Source: Eledone cirrhosa (lineage: Eukaryota). From it: 64,000 nt of DNA. The notes beneath the pieces were generated by a model. It was not told the origin of the DNA, ran no database searches, and was given only the letters and a program-made list of their open reading frames with translations. The stretch is from the NCBI GenBank assembly GCA_964016885.1, contig OZ024741.1, positions 382,044,001 to 382,108,000 of the forward strand, written 5' to 3'. Each line of letters opens with the position of its first letter. Position 1 is the stretch's first letter. Positions 27,673-41,249 of the stretch are shown one piece after another. A program made the position numbers and the translations under genes.

Positions 27673-30600
27673 ATGTCTGGAAAGCAACAAATGAAATCAA
27701 CAGAATCAGAAAGAATTCTAAAGGAGATATCATCGAAATTATCAACACTTATCACGATGATGGACACACAATCCTCTATTTTAAAGGAAATAGAAAAACA
27801 ATCTTCAGACGGAAAACTTATAACTGAACATATAAACTCTGAAATTAATAATTTAGCTGAATTTATACCAACAGTTATCAAAGATACAACAGAGAGCCTA
27901 CCACAACCCCCTTGGATGTCAGAAATAAACGAAAGAAATTTGGAAAACAAAACACATCGAATAAGAAAAGAAATGTGGAAGACATGGAAAAAATTCCTTA
28001 ACATAAGAAAACAAAATTTCTGGAAAGCACACAAATGCGAAAAATATGTCGAAACACATTCGAAATGGCTCTCTCTAACGGCACCCATACTCCCTCGTAA
28101 ATACCTAATTACAGAAATTGCAGGAGAACCAGAAGAAGAAACAAAACTCCGATGGGAACTTACATTGACAAAATTCAGGACCAACATCTCCATTTCTGAA
28201 TGTAAACAATCCCGCTACAAAGCCAAATATGAAGCTATTGATACCAAATTGAAGTTGAAATTTCAAAGCTAACGACTGGTATTATAGCTGAAAAACTACG
28301 AGAACTATGGATCAGAGATATCTCAAAAGAAGAAAACAAATCAAGAAAGGTACGGCAGCAGAAACAATTATTTCTCGACGAATATGCTGCAAATTACGGT
28401 AAATACTCTGGAACCCTGAGAAAAAGCATTAAAAGTGGACAATCTCATCAACACAACATACGCCAGAACACGTGCCAACACAAACACTCACCTTACCTTG
28501 AATCAAAGAAGAATTACGGTAATAACTCTTCGCTTTTTCTACAAAAACACCCTATCGCACACAACATGAACAAAAAGCACAAACACGATAGATATTCTTT
28601 TGACCAGACCATGAGAAGTAGTAAAACCAGGAGATTATTCTCAAGATCTCAACAGAGACTACCAACAAGGAATGTGGAAACAAAACGTAGAATAACCAGA
28701 TCACTTTCAAGATCTCAACAGAGATTGCCCACAAGAAACTGGACGAAAAAACGATCTAAACCTGAAAGCAAACCTAGGTCATTTCAACAGATTGTTAAAA
28801 GTAATGCTGACAGGAAGAAAAATAATATACAGAATACCAAAAATAGGACAAAATACATAACGAAACCAAATATAATATCACGACCAAAAGTTCATCAAGC
28901 GAACACCAACAGGAATATAAATCCTAAACAGAGAAAAATCCATTTTTTAATGTCAGGACAACAAAAACCGGAAAAAAGAAAAGCTCCAGGAGGAAACATA
29001 CCCAAAACAACTGTGCACGTAGATCCTAAAATAATTAATTTATCTAAAAGAGATCTTGACAATGATGAAATGCAAATTCTGTCAAAAGGACTGAAATTCA
29101 CACCGACTCCAACAGTCAACCACCAAGAACTGACGGAGGATACCCAATAATTCTGTCGATAATTACATCTTGTAGAATTCTTCGCTGATAAAAGTAATGA
29201 GAGTGATGAATCACTAGTAAAGAATAAATCAAATTTCACCCCGCCAAAAGGAAGAAATATCTATCTCGACCAATACATTGACATCCTGTCTAAATTTCCT
29301 CTTAGACATAATACTAATGTTAGGCCAAACATTAACAAATCAGAAATGTCTGCACTTAAACGTATACAAAATGATAAAACAATAATAATTAAACAAGCAG
29401 ATAAAGGGGGTGCAGTTGTTATAATGGATACTGAATACTACAAGGATTTGGTCGAGGAACAACTGAAAGACACAACATTCTATCATGAAATACCGTCAAA
29501 TATAGACCACAACATCATGAAGAAGATCAACAACCTGGCTTCAAAATACCATAACTCTCTTACTGATAAGGAAAGAGACTACAACACCAATTTTGAGCCG
29601 AAACCCAGCAACCTGTATGGCCTACCGAAAGTTCATAAGTCAAAAGCAATACAACTGGCAGTAAGAGAACAAAACAGTGAGTACATTAAATTATTACATC
29701 CAAAAGACTTAAAACTTAGACCTATTATAGCTGGTCCAACATGCCCCACCCACCGTCTAAGCAATTTTGTTGACATTATTTTGAAACCACTATGTATTCA
29801 CATACCCAGTTTCATCCGGGATGATATCGACTTCCTGTCCCATCTTCCCAAAACCACGGAAACGAATTCACTTCTACTCAGTTTTGATGTGGTAAGCCTT
29901 TACACCAACATTAAACATGATTTAGGAATAAAGGCGGTTAAATACTGGGTGGAAAAACATAGAGAAGTGATTCCCATCACATTTACAGCGCCATTTATAT
30001 TAGGCGCAGTTAAACTTATTCTGGAAAACAACACTTTCTTCTTCAATGGAAAGAATTACATCCAAATTAGAGGCACAGCGATGGGAACGAAGATTGCTCC
30101 CGTTTACGCGAACTCTGTAATGGAATACTTAGAACAACAACTCTACCAAGAAATAGAGGAAAAATATAGTACTGACTTTAGAAAGTACATTGAAAAATCT
30201 TGGAAGAGATACCTTGACGACTGTTTCATCATCTGGACAGAATCTCTAGATACTCTGGATAAGTTCAATATCCTCCTGAATAACCTACACCCTTCTCTCC
30301 AATTCACAAAAGAGATGACTAGGACCAAATTAACATTCCTAGATATAATGATAATCAAAAACGACACCACCATTACCACGGATATATATTATAAACACAC
30401 AGACACCCATCAATATCTGAATTTTAAGTCGTGCCATCCACCTCATACAAAACGCAACATCCCATACTGCCTAGCCAGAAGAATTTGTACCATTGTAGAA
30501 GATACGAATACCAGGTACAAACGCCTAACAGAACTAAGAGAATCTTTGCTCAAACAAAAATACCCATCTCTACTTATAGAAAATGGCATACAGCGGGCTA

Positions 30601-31208
30601 TAAAAATACCTATACAACAACTTAGGACAACCCAAGGAAGAAGAAACCAAGAACTGGTCATACCATTTATAATGACACACAACCCATGTCACCAGAATAT
30701 CTTCAACACTGCCAAAGCAAACCTACCGATCATTGCTCAAAGTAATGAATTAAAAGGCTTAATCACAGATCGATCTTTGACTCTTAGTAAAAGACAGCCG
30801 AAAAATTTGAAGCAATTACTAACAAAAGCAAAGTTTGACCTTAACAACAAAGATGAATCATTCACTGTATCTAAATGCAATGATAGTCGATACGGCACAT
30901 GTCAATCCATACACACCGGTCAATATATGGAAACAAAAACTGGAAAAATATTCCCAAATGCAAATATGAACTGCAAAAGCAGAAATCTAATTTACTGCAT
31001 TAAATGCCCGAATTGTGAAGAACTATATGTCGGTCAAACTGGAAATGCACTATCGGAACGTGCACGGGTAAACCGTCAACAAATCAGAGACCCAAATGTG
31101 CGTCAGATGTCCCCAAGTAACCATCTAGCAGAAAATTACACAGTCCATGTGAAATCAAGAGAAAAATCAAAGAAAAGAATTTTATTGATAAATTCAAACC
31201 CAAGCTAA
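27673..31208 (+). pseudogene. PLE-A polyprotein with long N-terminal region, RT, Cys linker and GIY-YIG; frameshifted
   Basis: ORFs 27616-28272, 28566-29150 (INLS..LSKGLKFTP) and 29346-31208 (ADKGGAVV, YGLPKVHK, RPII, RYLDD, YVGQT). Confidence 0.9.
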
Positions 31209-31610
31209 ATTAACAATAATAACACTTAGGGCTATTACTTCTACTACCACTATGACTACGACCACTAACAACAACAACAACAACAACTACAACAATAATA
31301 ATAATAATAAAAGTGATGTTGATGGTGTTGATTAATAGAAAATGCTATTTTCATCATTTCTAAAAATAGCAAAACAATTGATGCTTTGGATATGATTAAT
31401 TATTGGTCGTTAGACATGCTCAACCAGCCCTGACGCTTAAACCAATCAGCTTTAGTAATTCAGTGAAACTACACACTGATTGGCCGAAATACAGTTTGCA
31501 GTGCTTAGCACTCTGGAGCCACTTTTCCCTGTATAAAATGTATAAAAGGTAGGAAATTTACCCATCTTATTACAGTTGAAAATTGCAAACTTGACTGTCA
31601 CCACATATTA

Positions 31611-31649
31611 TGAACCTGAAGATTGCGAAAGCATGAAAGTACTTGTTCA
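31611..31649 (+). ncRNA. Hammerhead ribozyme in 3' PLE-A pLTR
   Basis: Identical to 27430-27468. Confidence 0.82.
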
Positions 31650-32022
31650 ATTAACACTTAGAATTTAATAATCTATCATACTATTTCATTATAATACCAT
31701 TATAAATTTTAAAGGATTGTAAATAAAAGGAGTAAATCAGACAAAGTTGGAATTCCTCTTATTAATATAATCTTCTATGCACACCCGTGTATATTTACCT
31801 ATCTATCTATATATATATATATATATAATCTAGCTGTCGTCTGTTCTACAGAGTGGATGTAATTCACTTCGCGCAGAAGTTTTGTTCAAATTTATTGCGG
31901 AAATTTTGTGAGTTCAAATTTAATTTTGATACTATTGTGTAGCTTGACCCCCCGTCTGAACTGTCAGGCGGTGGGTCAGCTCATCTTTACCCCTCCTAGA
32001 GGTGAAAAACCTGTTTTAAGAA

Positions 32023-33974
32023 ATGTTGTGGCAAAAAAATTTCAATCGTCTGACAGAAATGTTAAACGAAGCGAACGAAAATAGTGGTGGGGGGACAGCG
32101 GTAAGAGTTGTAAGCTCGCACGATTTAGTCCCCCCTTCCTTCCCAACTAACGTCATAGAGAAGGAAGGAAAAAATAAAATAAAAACAGACGAATCTGCGA
32201 AGAAAAATGACGAAAACACAAATCTGGACATGGTTTCCAACAACGAAAAAAAAAAATTTGAAAAATTGCATGACAATACTAATACCACAAACAAAGACAC
32301 AACACACACAAAAATAACATTTGAAAATAATACCATAACAGAAAGCAAAGCAGACGACAGAGTCAACAAGATTTCATTTGCACAAACAACAAAGAAATCT
32401 TTGACATATATACCTGAACATATTTCAGATGTGGCACGAAGAATCACAGACGCCAAACAATACATAAGTGAAGGAGAGCATGGTATTTTATCGGTAAAAA
32501 TGCCTCAAGATCTCACCAAAGACATTGAAAGTCGAACGGTCGTGTTCCGCACCATCAACAACACTTCAAAAAAACCTGAACAGCCAACTCAGGCAGATAT
32601 CAAAACAGTACTCACAGAAGTACTTAATGAAACCACTTTCATAAGAAAAGACAGACTGTATGGAAGCCTAGCAATTATTATGAAGAACGAATCGGCGGCA
32701 AAAAAAATGTGCTATGTCACCGATTCGTTCAAATTTTTTTACCTTTTATCCATCTTATATGGGTAAAAGAAGGTAAAAGAACTCAACGCATATGGCTGGA
32801 TGCAATGATGCCAGATGTAGACTACTGCTGGCTCATAGCTGGCTTCATCGATCCAGTGAATGACAACGTGATTTCCATTGGGAAAACCACAGGCAATGCG
32901 TTCAGTGGAACAGGTATAGAGCTGGTAGTGCAAATGAAGCCTGAACGCATCGCCCAAATACCCGACAGAATCCTATTAGAGGGCCACGGGTATATAAACA
33001 TTAGCGTGGAGGGGAGAAGGCCGTCCTGTCATATCTGTGCAGGCAGAGGGCACCTGAAGGCCGCTTGTCCCCAACTCACCAAAAAGAAAACCCTGCTACC
33101 AACACCAGCTCTACCACCACCACAACAACAGATAAACAAACAACCAAACGCAATCCCACCCAACCCGTCCCTCAGTAAAACTACACCACCACCACAACAC
33201 AAACAGTCACAACACATTACCCCAAAACAAAATACAGGCCCACCCAATCCCTCACTCAATAAAACAACACAACCACCGCAGATACAACACACAACACAGT
33301 CTAACATAGTGACATCCATCTCCCCCACAAAGAAAACCAACACGGAAACATTACCAGCAAACATACCTCTTCCCTCCAACGCTGAAGATAACCCAACGAA
33401 TTCGGAGGAAGAAACGGAGTCCTTCAGACAGATTAAAAGGAAAAAAAGAAAACATGTGCAAAACACACAAGGCCAAACAACCCCCACCCAAATCTCAACA
33501 CAATCCAACAAAACAGAAAACACCCCTCCAGCAACAAACAAAACCAAACCTGCCCCTCCCCTCTTCGAAACACTCACGCCATCCGAAAAAAAAATATTAC
33601 ACTATACTTACATCAATAGAAACAATAATAAATTAAATGAACTCATATACAATAATCCTTCGGTACAAACCGAAGGTGTAAACTTTGTTTCTTCAGAAAA
33701 CTACCCACATTAAACATTAATAAAGATCCCAATGAACCTCTACCAAAAACTAAAAAAGGATTTTAAGGAGGACGTAGGACCACCCTCTGTCAAACCCATA
33801 AACCGCGTCCTACTAAAAATCTTTCCCCCTCCCCTTCCCCTCCCCAACACAACTCCAAACACCCCAACCCCACCACACACTGACGACCCCACACCACCAC
33901 AAGACACCCCTTCACCCAACACCCCCGACCCCATGGAAGTCGTGCGACACGAACCCCGGGAAGCGGAAAGGTAG
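32023..33974 (+). pseudogene. Tx1 copy 2 ORF1 (gag-like), frameshifted
   Basis: ORFs 32023-32766, 32709-33713 and 33732-33974, ending EPREAER*. Confidence 0.88.
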
Positions 33975-34007
33975 GTCTCTACACTCTCCTTTGGCTCTGC
34001 CGCCCAC

Positions 34008-37000
34008 ATGGATGTGTTAAGAGTAGGATATTTGAATGCACGTGGCCTGGGCTCAACTTGGAAGCAAGCAAAGCTTCTAAATGACCTCAGGTCATGTGGT
34101 ATAAATGTAATGGTTATCTGTGAGACTCGAATCATCGTCGTGCGGTAGCTGGCCCCTACCTTCGATGCCTTTGAGGTGCATGCATCTCTCTGTCAACCTG
34201 GAGGTGGGGGTGGGGTTGTCGTACTGCTGCAAAAACACCTGGGTCTTGCCGTACAGGTTGTGCACTCGGACCCGGAGGGTCGTTTGTTGGTGCTAGACGT
34301 TGGCAGTAGTGAAGGTGCGGCCTTGAGACTGGTCGCCGTCTACTCCCCTTTCGGAGCTGAACGGCCCGACTTCTTCCAGCATTTGGAGACTTTTCTGGGA
34401 ACGTCGCGTTCCCTGCTTCTAGCGGGGGATTGGAATGACATCCTAGATGCACATTGGGACTATGCAGGAGCATGCCCTAATAGAGGGGGTGTAACAGCCT
34501 CAAGGGGTTACTCGACCGTTTTAACTTGGTCGATAGATATCGACTAGATTTTCCAACTGTGCCTACCTGGACTTGGAGAAACCACAGTGGTCAATCTAGA
34601 TCGTACTTAGATAGATTCTTAGTTAGAAGTAAGGATAGGGACATATTAAGCTGTCCAGAAATGCGCACGGTTGGCTACACGGATCACAAATTAGTGACCT
34701 GCGTAGTCAATCTCGAGAAAACACATAAACAGCGTCCCGGTTACTGGAAACTTAATTTGTCTTTACCGGCAAAAGAGACTTACAGAAACCGGATTAGCAG
34801 ATTAGTTAAGGAGAGGTTGACGGGTGCAATCGTTAACAACCGATGGTGGGCATCTCTCAAAAGAGAGATTAGAACAGAATCAATAAGTTATAGCAAGATG
34901 TTAGCTGCCGATAGGAATAGAAACGAGAAAGAATTAACAGGTAAATTAGAAGAGGCAATCAAAAGCGAAGATGTGGCCAGAGTGCTGGCATGGAGGACGG
35001 CCTTGAACCAGTTTTTCGATGCAAAGCACGAAGGCGGCGTCATTCGAAGTAAAATACGTGCTCTAGGTAATGAGGGGGCCAAAGCCGATGGCTGGGCCCG
35101 CGTGACAGAAGCTAAGAATGGAAATCGATCCACCATCCGGTCGTTGCAAGACGAAGATGGACGGGTGATCCGGGAGCCTAAGCAGATGTGCGAGGCCTTT
35201 CAAAGGCACTTTGCCCGATTGTTCGGGGGAGGCGAGGGTCCGGGCGGGGGCGTGGATATCGGTCCATACCTCGACGGCCTGCCGCGTCTCTCGAGCGAAG
35301 AGGCAGAGTCCTGCGAAGGACCAATCTCGGCTGATGAGATCGGAGATGCGCTGAGCCAATGCAGCAGACGCAAATCTCCAGGTCTCGATGGTATACCTTA
35401 CGAACTTTATTTAGCAATGCCGGTCTTCTTCTCCGAACTCCTCGAAGCGGTCTACTGCAATTGGCAGCAGAACGGGAGAATTCCTTGATCTGTAGCCAAG
35501 GGCGTAGTCACGCTGGTGAAGGAAGGACGAGAACAAGGGAGATAGTATAAATAATTTTCGGCCCATAACCCTGCTAAACACAGAGTTAAAGATTTTGGCC
35601 AAGGTGTTAGCAAAGACGTTGGAGCTTGTCGTGGGTGGCCTGGTGGGAGATGCGCAGACATGTGCTATCCCATCCAGGTCCATTCACGATAACCTCCACC
35701 TCATGCGATACATCATAGAGAGGGTTGGCAACAAACCCGGCTTCGGTGGGGCCCTGATCAACTTGGATCAGTCTAAGGCCTTCGATAGGGTCGACCATGG
35801 TTACCTGGATGCGGTGCTAGCGGCGGCTGGGTTCGGTCCTGTTTTCAGAGGCTGGATCACTGCCTTACATAGCAACCACATCTGTTCTAGGATCAAGGTG
35901 AACGGCTACCTTTCGAAGCCGTTCGAAATCACACGATTCATTCGACAAGGGTGCCCTCTCTCCTCCCTTCTGTACGTATTGACTCTCGAGCCTTTACTGA
36001 GGAAGTTGGAGTTGTTGCAGGGTATCCCCCTGGAACCAGGATTGAGCAGAGCGGTGTCGGCCTACGCCGATGACGTAACAGTAATAGTATCGACCGACTC
36101 GGAGATCGAGGCGATCGGTACCTTACTGGAGGAATACGAAAGGTTTTCAAGAGCGAAACTGAACCGGGAAAAATCCATCTGGCTGCAACTCGGAACGTGG
36201 AGAGGCAGACCGATGCCTCCCGACGGTGTCGTCGGACACTGGACGGAGGGCCCGGTAAAGTTGCTTGGGGTCTGGTTTGGACCGAACCTCCAGGTGAAAA
36301 AGAACTGGAACGAGGTTACGAACAAGGTGTTTGCACTAACCCAGAAATGGGCCAAGTGTAAGCTGTCCCTAAAAGGGCGGGCGGAGGTGGCGAACATTTA
36401 CATAGCGTCCGTCACTTACTACCGCCTTGCCCTAAGGAAACACTCACCACCATGGAACGCATGCTCTTCCAATTTCTTTGGAAGAAGCGCCCTCCTATGG
36501 TGAGAAGATCCATCTGCTTCCAACAACCTTCGAAAGGAGGGCTGGGGATGCCGTGGTTGATGATGCGTAGGCACGCGTTAAGGTTACGGCACCTACAGGT
36601 ATTCCTCACTGGTCAACTGGTGTGGGCTCCGTTCGTGAAACGAGCCTTTCCGAGACTCGTCTCGCTCACCGAGCTGCAGTCCTGGGTCAAGCAAAGGTCC
36701 GGAAAACTGGGAGACTGGCACACTGAGTGTGCTCAGGCGCTCAGGGCTCTCTGGCAAGCGTGCCAGGCCGTCGGTGGAGAATCCACCTCATCATTCTATA
36801 GAGGGCTGGTGGCTAGCAGGGGCGATGACACCCTTGGAGAGTCGCTGGACATGGAAGAGGACGAACTGGCCAGCCTGTTCGGTGGGACTTTCGGCCCGGG
36901 ACCAATGGACAACTTCCAGAAGTCACTAGCCTGGCAGTGCTACCGAGGGGCTCTACCCGTTCGAGAGAGGCTCTACAGACACGGGCGCCCGGGCAGGGAT

Positions 37001-37432
37001 CCCTCAAAAAAGATTTGCTCTAGATGCGTGCGTCACGAAGAAACCGTTGCGCACGCATTGGTGCAATGTCCGGGCGTGGCTGATCTGTGGGGCTACGCCG
37101 AACGACTGCTGTCGCGGGTGGCGCCGATTCAATTGACCGCCGAGTCCGTGATGACAATCAAACCGCCTCCCCTCTTCACAAAGGAAGCAAAGGCGGTTTT
37201 TCTGTGCGTAATAGCCATGCTTAAAGAGGTTGTTTGGTGGACACGATTGAATGGTCTGAGGTCAGGCAACTTCCTCTCTGGCCATAGTCTGGTCTACTTC
37301 TTCCGATATCACTTCGGAAGAAGGATAAGAATGGAGAGGGAGGTGCTTGGCCACTGGCAGTTTTATGAAAGGTGGGTGATAGTGGCGAGAATGGCTCGTG
37401 TAAATGGGCCTTCTCTGTATACCATCCTGTAG
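34008..37432 (+). pseudogene. Tx1 copy 2 ORF2 (APE-RT-Zn finger), disrupted
   Basis: ATG 34008 (MDVLRVGYLNARGL); fragments 34176-34547, 34526-35488, 35595-36503 and 36452-37432. Confidence 0.92.
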
Positions 37433-37647
37433 GTAAAGAAGTAAAGGAGAGGGGAGCACCTTCTCCATGTGCTCCCCGGGCAAAGGATTGCACACTTTTT
37501 CGGGGATGTGTGCAACCCCCATCACGTCCCCTCCCTTTTGAGTTTATTTTCGATTATTTTCATTTTATACCCTTTTTACTCGATTGTATGTAAACTCCCC
37601 CTTTGTATTTGTCCCTTCTTTTTATGCCTTTATGGTAAATAAAGAAA

Positions 37648-37839
<192 letters not shown>

Positions 37840-37891
37840 CTGATACCATCAACACCATAAACACAGAGGTGACATATCACAGAACTGACTA

Positions 37892-37947
37892 ACTGCTTGA
37901 TGAGGTCATAGCCATTCAATGGCTATCATCGAAATATATTAAGCAGT
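37892..37947 (+). ncRNA. Degenerate hammerhead motif in a ~150-bp island between (TA)n
   Basis: ACTGCT-TGATGA (C3 missing)-GGTCATAGCCAT TCA ATGGCTATCATC-GAAA-TATAT-TA-AGCAGT. Confidence 0.55.
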
Positions 37948-40189
37948 AAATAAAGGATTATGAGTTCATGCAATTGACCTATATATATATATATATATGT
38001 ATAGATAATGACGATTATTAGGAAGAAAAATATATTTGTTCCCCTTTTTATTTATTTCTCTTTTTTTCTGGGTTAGAAAATGATGATTAAAACGAAATAT
38101 TTTACTCTGTGTGAAGTGTTAAGGTATTAGTTGATTTATTTATTAATTAACAATAGCATTTATGGTATATATAATTATATATATATATATACACACATTT
38201 TTTCGGAACATATGCAAATATTGAATGAAAGATTATTGCAAACGCAACGGCAGCTCTCTAGTAGATTTCTATTTTTAAACGCACACATATGTCTGAAGTT
38301 ACACCACGCTGGCCTTTATTGCCTGGGTTATCTCATTTTATAGAATGTTTGTCTTTCCTCAGTTTGACCTGAATAACATTGTTAGGGCAACGGCTCTCTT
38401 GATTACCTGAGGGACGAATCTACAACGTATTTCCTATTGTATCTTCTAATTTGTATCGAATCATGAAGCCCCATAGATCATTATTTTCAAGTTGTCGCAG
38501 TTGAAGGTACACTTCACATCTGACACGCAGCTGTTAACTATATTCTTCCACATTAAGCATACAGAATTAGAATGTATGTAGTGTCACTGAAATTATATAC
38601 GTCAACAATTCTTCTTTTTTCCCTTAGATGGTGTCACGAAACATCAGCAACCTCATGGCTTTGTGTTTATTGTGACATGGCCACCAGGAAGAAATGATTG
38701 CATTTTTGCATACGTAGTCTATCCTCGCTAACATTTCAGTGCTTCTTCTGATATTTTGTTTTGGAGGTCCTTTTAGATACAGTGCACAGTGTATATCTAG
38801 AAACACATCGTCTGAATGAAAATGAAATGATTACAGCTGGAATGTTTTAGATACTTTATATATTTTTCCTATAAATTAGCTTTGTACGTATGCTGGGAAT
38901 GCGACGTATATTTTGTTTTCTGAGTTTTTCCAATATTCTTGGTTTCGAAAGAGATGGAGCAAGCGAGGGTAAAAGGAATAGTGATGTAAAGATTTACGTC
39001 AAGTTAACCAATGTTAAACTGAAGATTAGTAGCGACAATATCAACAAAAGAATATCGAACTCTTAAAAAACCCACAGTTAATATTGATAACATAATCAAG
39101 GAGAGCGGTAGATTTGGTGAACAGTTTACCTGTCTAATGAATATTTTGCCGAATTCAAATATGGTCTTTTAGATACTGAGATTAAATTCCAACACTTAGC
39201 AGACATATTCTGAACATAGCAAAATTATTGTTTCCACATGCAAATCTTCCCGCCTTGTGACAATGTACTAATTTAATATGGTGTGACGAGGTTACAAATT
39301 AACAATAATGTCTATCTTATTTAATACAATGGCATAAGTCCAATGTGTTTCCCTCCCTTAAGTCTCATACAGCACCCCATATTGTCCACTTATAGAAAGT
39401 GTACATCACAACTAGAGGGAGACAATTTCACACTTCAGAAAGAAAAGATAAATAAAAAAAAACAGATCAATAAAACAGATAAGCGCATTTTGAAATTTCT
39501 GGTATAGTCTCGTAACACATGAAAGAGTCGTAGGGGCGTCGTAGGGACATAATGCCTTACTTGTGCATTTTTAGCGTGGCAGAGACCATCTCTCTCAAGG
39601 CCAGAGTAGAGCAAATTTATTCAAAAGTAGGATACAAAGTGAGATTTAGGATGTGACAAAGATGTGTAGAGGTAATACCACCACCAGTTCTAGGCTACAA
39701 GTTTTCTCATCAACCACTAATCGATGGAAGTCAAAGTTGACTTCGGTGAGATTTAAAGCCACAGAGCAGACAGCCGGAACGAATACCGTAAAGCATGTTA
39801 TCCGACATTCTAACGATTCGCTGCCTATACTTTACGGCCAACAGTTTTCATTGGGCCATACCAGTGTAGACGAAATCATACAGTACCTCAGATATATGCA
39901 AAGTACTCGCATAGACTCTTGTATAAGCAAGTACAAGATTTCTAGCTAAATCCTAAACTAAAATAAATGGCAAAATCATGAATGGTGTTGGAAGATCATA
40001 TCGTTCAACCGAAACGATGGAAATTTTAAGCGATTTGCTGTATTATAGTCTCGTAAATTATAGGCTATTAAGTATCCAAGAACAAATAAAAAATGTTTTA
40101 TTCAAAAATCGGCCCATGTTTGAACATTGCTGTCATATCCATCATACACTTGATAGGTTTGATGAGGAGTGCTGCATATCTGCATTGAA

Positions 40190-40664
40190 ATCGAGTAATG
40201 ACCGAAGAAATACGATCATGATTCAGGCAGCAGCAATGGGGTTCCTCAGAAGGGTATATAGTGTCACGTTATTTGATAGAGTGCGTAACTCGGAGTTTGG
40301 AGTGTTATTCCAGGTAGAACCACTACTTCTATGAATAGAGAGAACACAGTTCTGACACTATGGACATGTGGTTAGAATATTTTAGAAAATAATCGCTTCA
40401 CCTATTTTACGCGCAAGACAAACCGGCAGAAGACCCAGCGGTAGACCACGAGCAAGATGGTCTGATTACATCCATGAGCTCACTGGTTTCACTTGGGGTC
40501 CAGCTGGACCAGTTGGAGTTAGTTGCTTCTGAGAGGTTCCACAGGAAGGAGTATTTGATGATTTTGACACCATGACCCTCTCAGGTATAAGTGGGTGGAG
40601 AAGAAGAAGAAGAAGAAGAAGAAGAAGAAGAAGAAGAAGAAGAAGAAGAAGAAGAAGAAGAAGA
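40190..40664 (+). mobile_element. RTE-clade LINE 3' remnant ending in (GAA)n
   Basis: IQAAAMGFLRRVYSVTLFDRVRNSE..VEPLLL, YGHVVR and RRPSGRPRARW motifs; (GAA)n at 40598-40664. Confidence 0.75.
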
Positions 40665-41249
40665 ATGCGCATTTAAAAAACTAATGGGTTATTGTCATTC
40701 AGTTTAAAATACTTGATCAGGTCCTTGAATATTTCGTATCGCACACTTTTATCGGATACTTCTACACAATTCGAATATGCTAAGTGTAAAGAGTGAGACG
40801 CTCCTAGGAACGCTTCTAACAGTCTAGAGAATTACGGCCGTCCGGCTCCAGTCAATCTGGGGATAGCCACCAGTCCAAATGCACCAATTTCACTATTGCT
40901 AACGTCCAAGACAAACAACATACGTACTGGGTCCAGGAAAACATCAGACCACGTACATTTATACATCATATTCATCGTTTAGACCTGTTAGCGGGATAGT
41001 TAAGAAGAATAAAAGAGGGACTACTTACCCTCCCGTGTGCTGTTGAAAATTGCGTGCTCTGAGGTGCATATCTTGTAAGATTTCCCTTGAGACCCTCCTT
41101 TAAAAGCCTGCTCATGGAGTGGGGAACCACTCGCGAATGCTTTTTGTCATCACCTAGTGACATTCACTCCATCATTAAAGTTGCTAACACTTTAAATATG
41201 CTGGCACCGAAATTATCTCAATTTCTCTCACTATCTTTACTTCGTGCTA

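Larger units (their letters stand above)
25225..31828 (+). mobile_element. PLE family A partial tandem: inverted pLTR piece, truncated ORF, pLTR, full ORF, pLTR
   Basis: 25225-25510 is the reverse complement of the pLTR; 25511-27030 is truncated RT/GIY-YIG; pLTRs at ~27030-27650 and ~31210-31828; full coding region 27673-31210. Confidence 0.95.
31829..37647 (+). mobile_element. Tx1/L1-clade LINE copy 2, full length but mutated, flanked by (TA)n
   Basis: 5' UTR, ORF1 with knuckle CHICAGRGHLKAAC, ORF2 APE-RT-CCHC (GDWND, SYLDRF, TDH, LDQSKAFDRVDH, RQGCPLS, YADD, CSRC..ETVAHALVQC), AATAAA at ~37638, then (TA)n. Confidence 0.97.

Noticed and set aside
33971-34021. Micro-intron fusing ORF1 in frame to ORF2 at L-R-V-G
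   Set aside because: In frame, but only about 42-57 nt across the copies, with AAG acceptors in copies 1 and 2. The distal acceptor at the ORF2 stop explains the donor better; not formally excluded.
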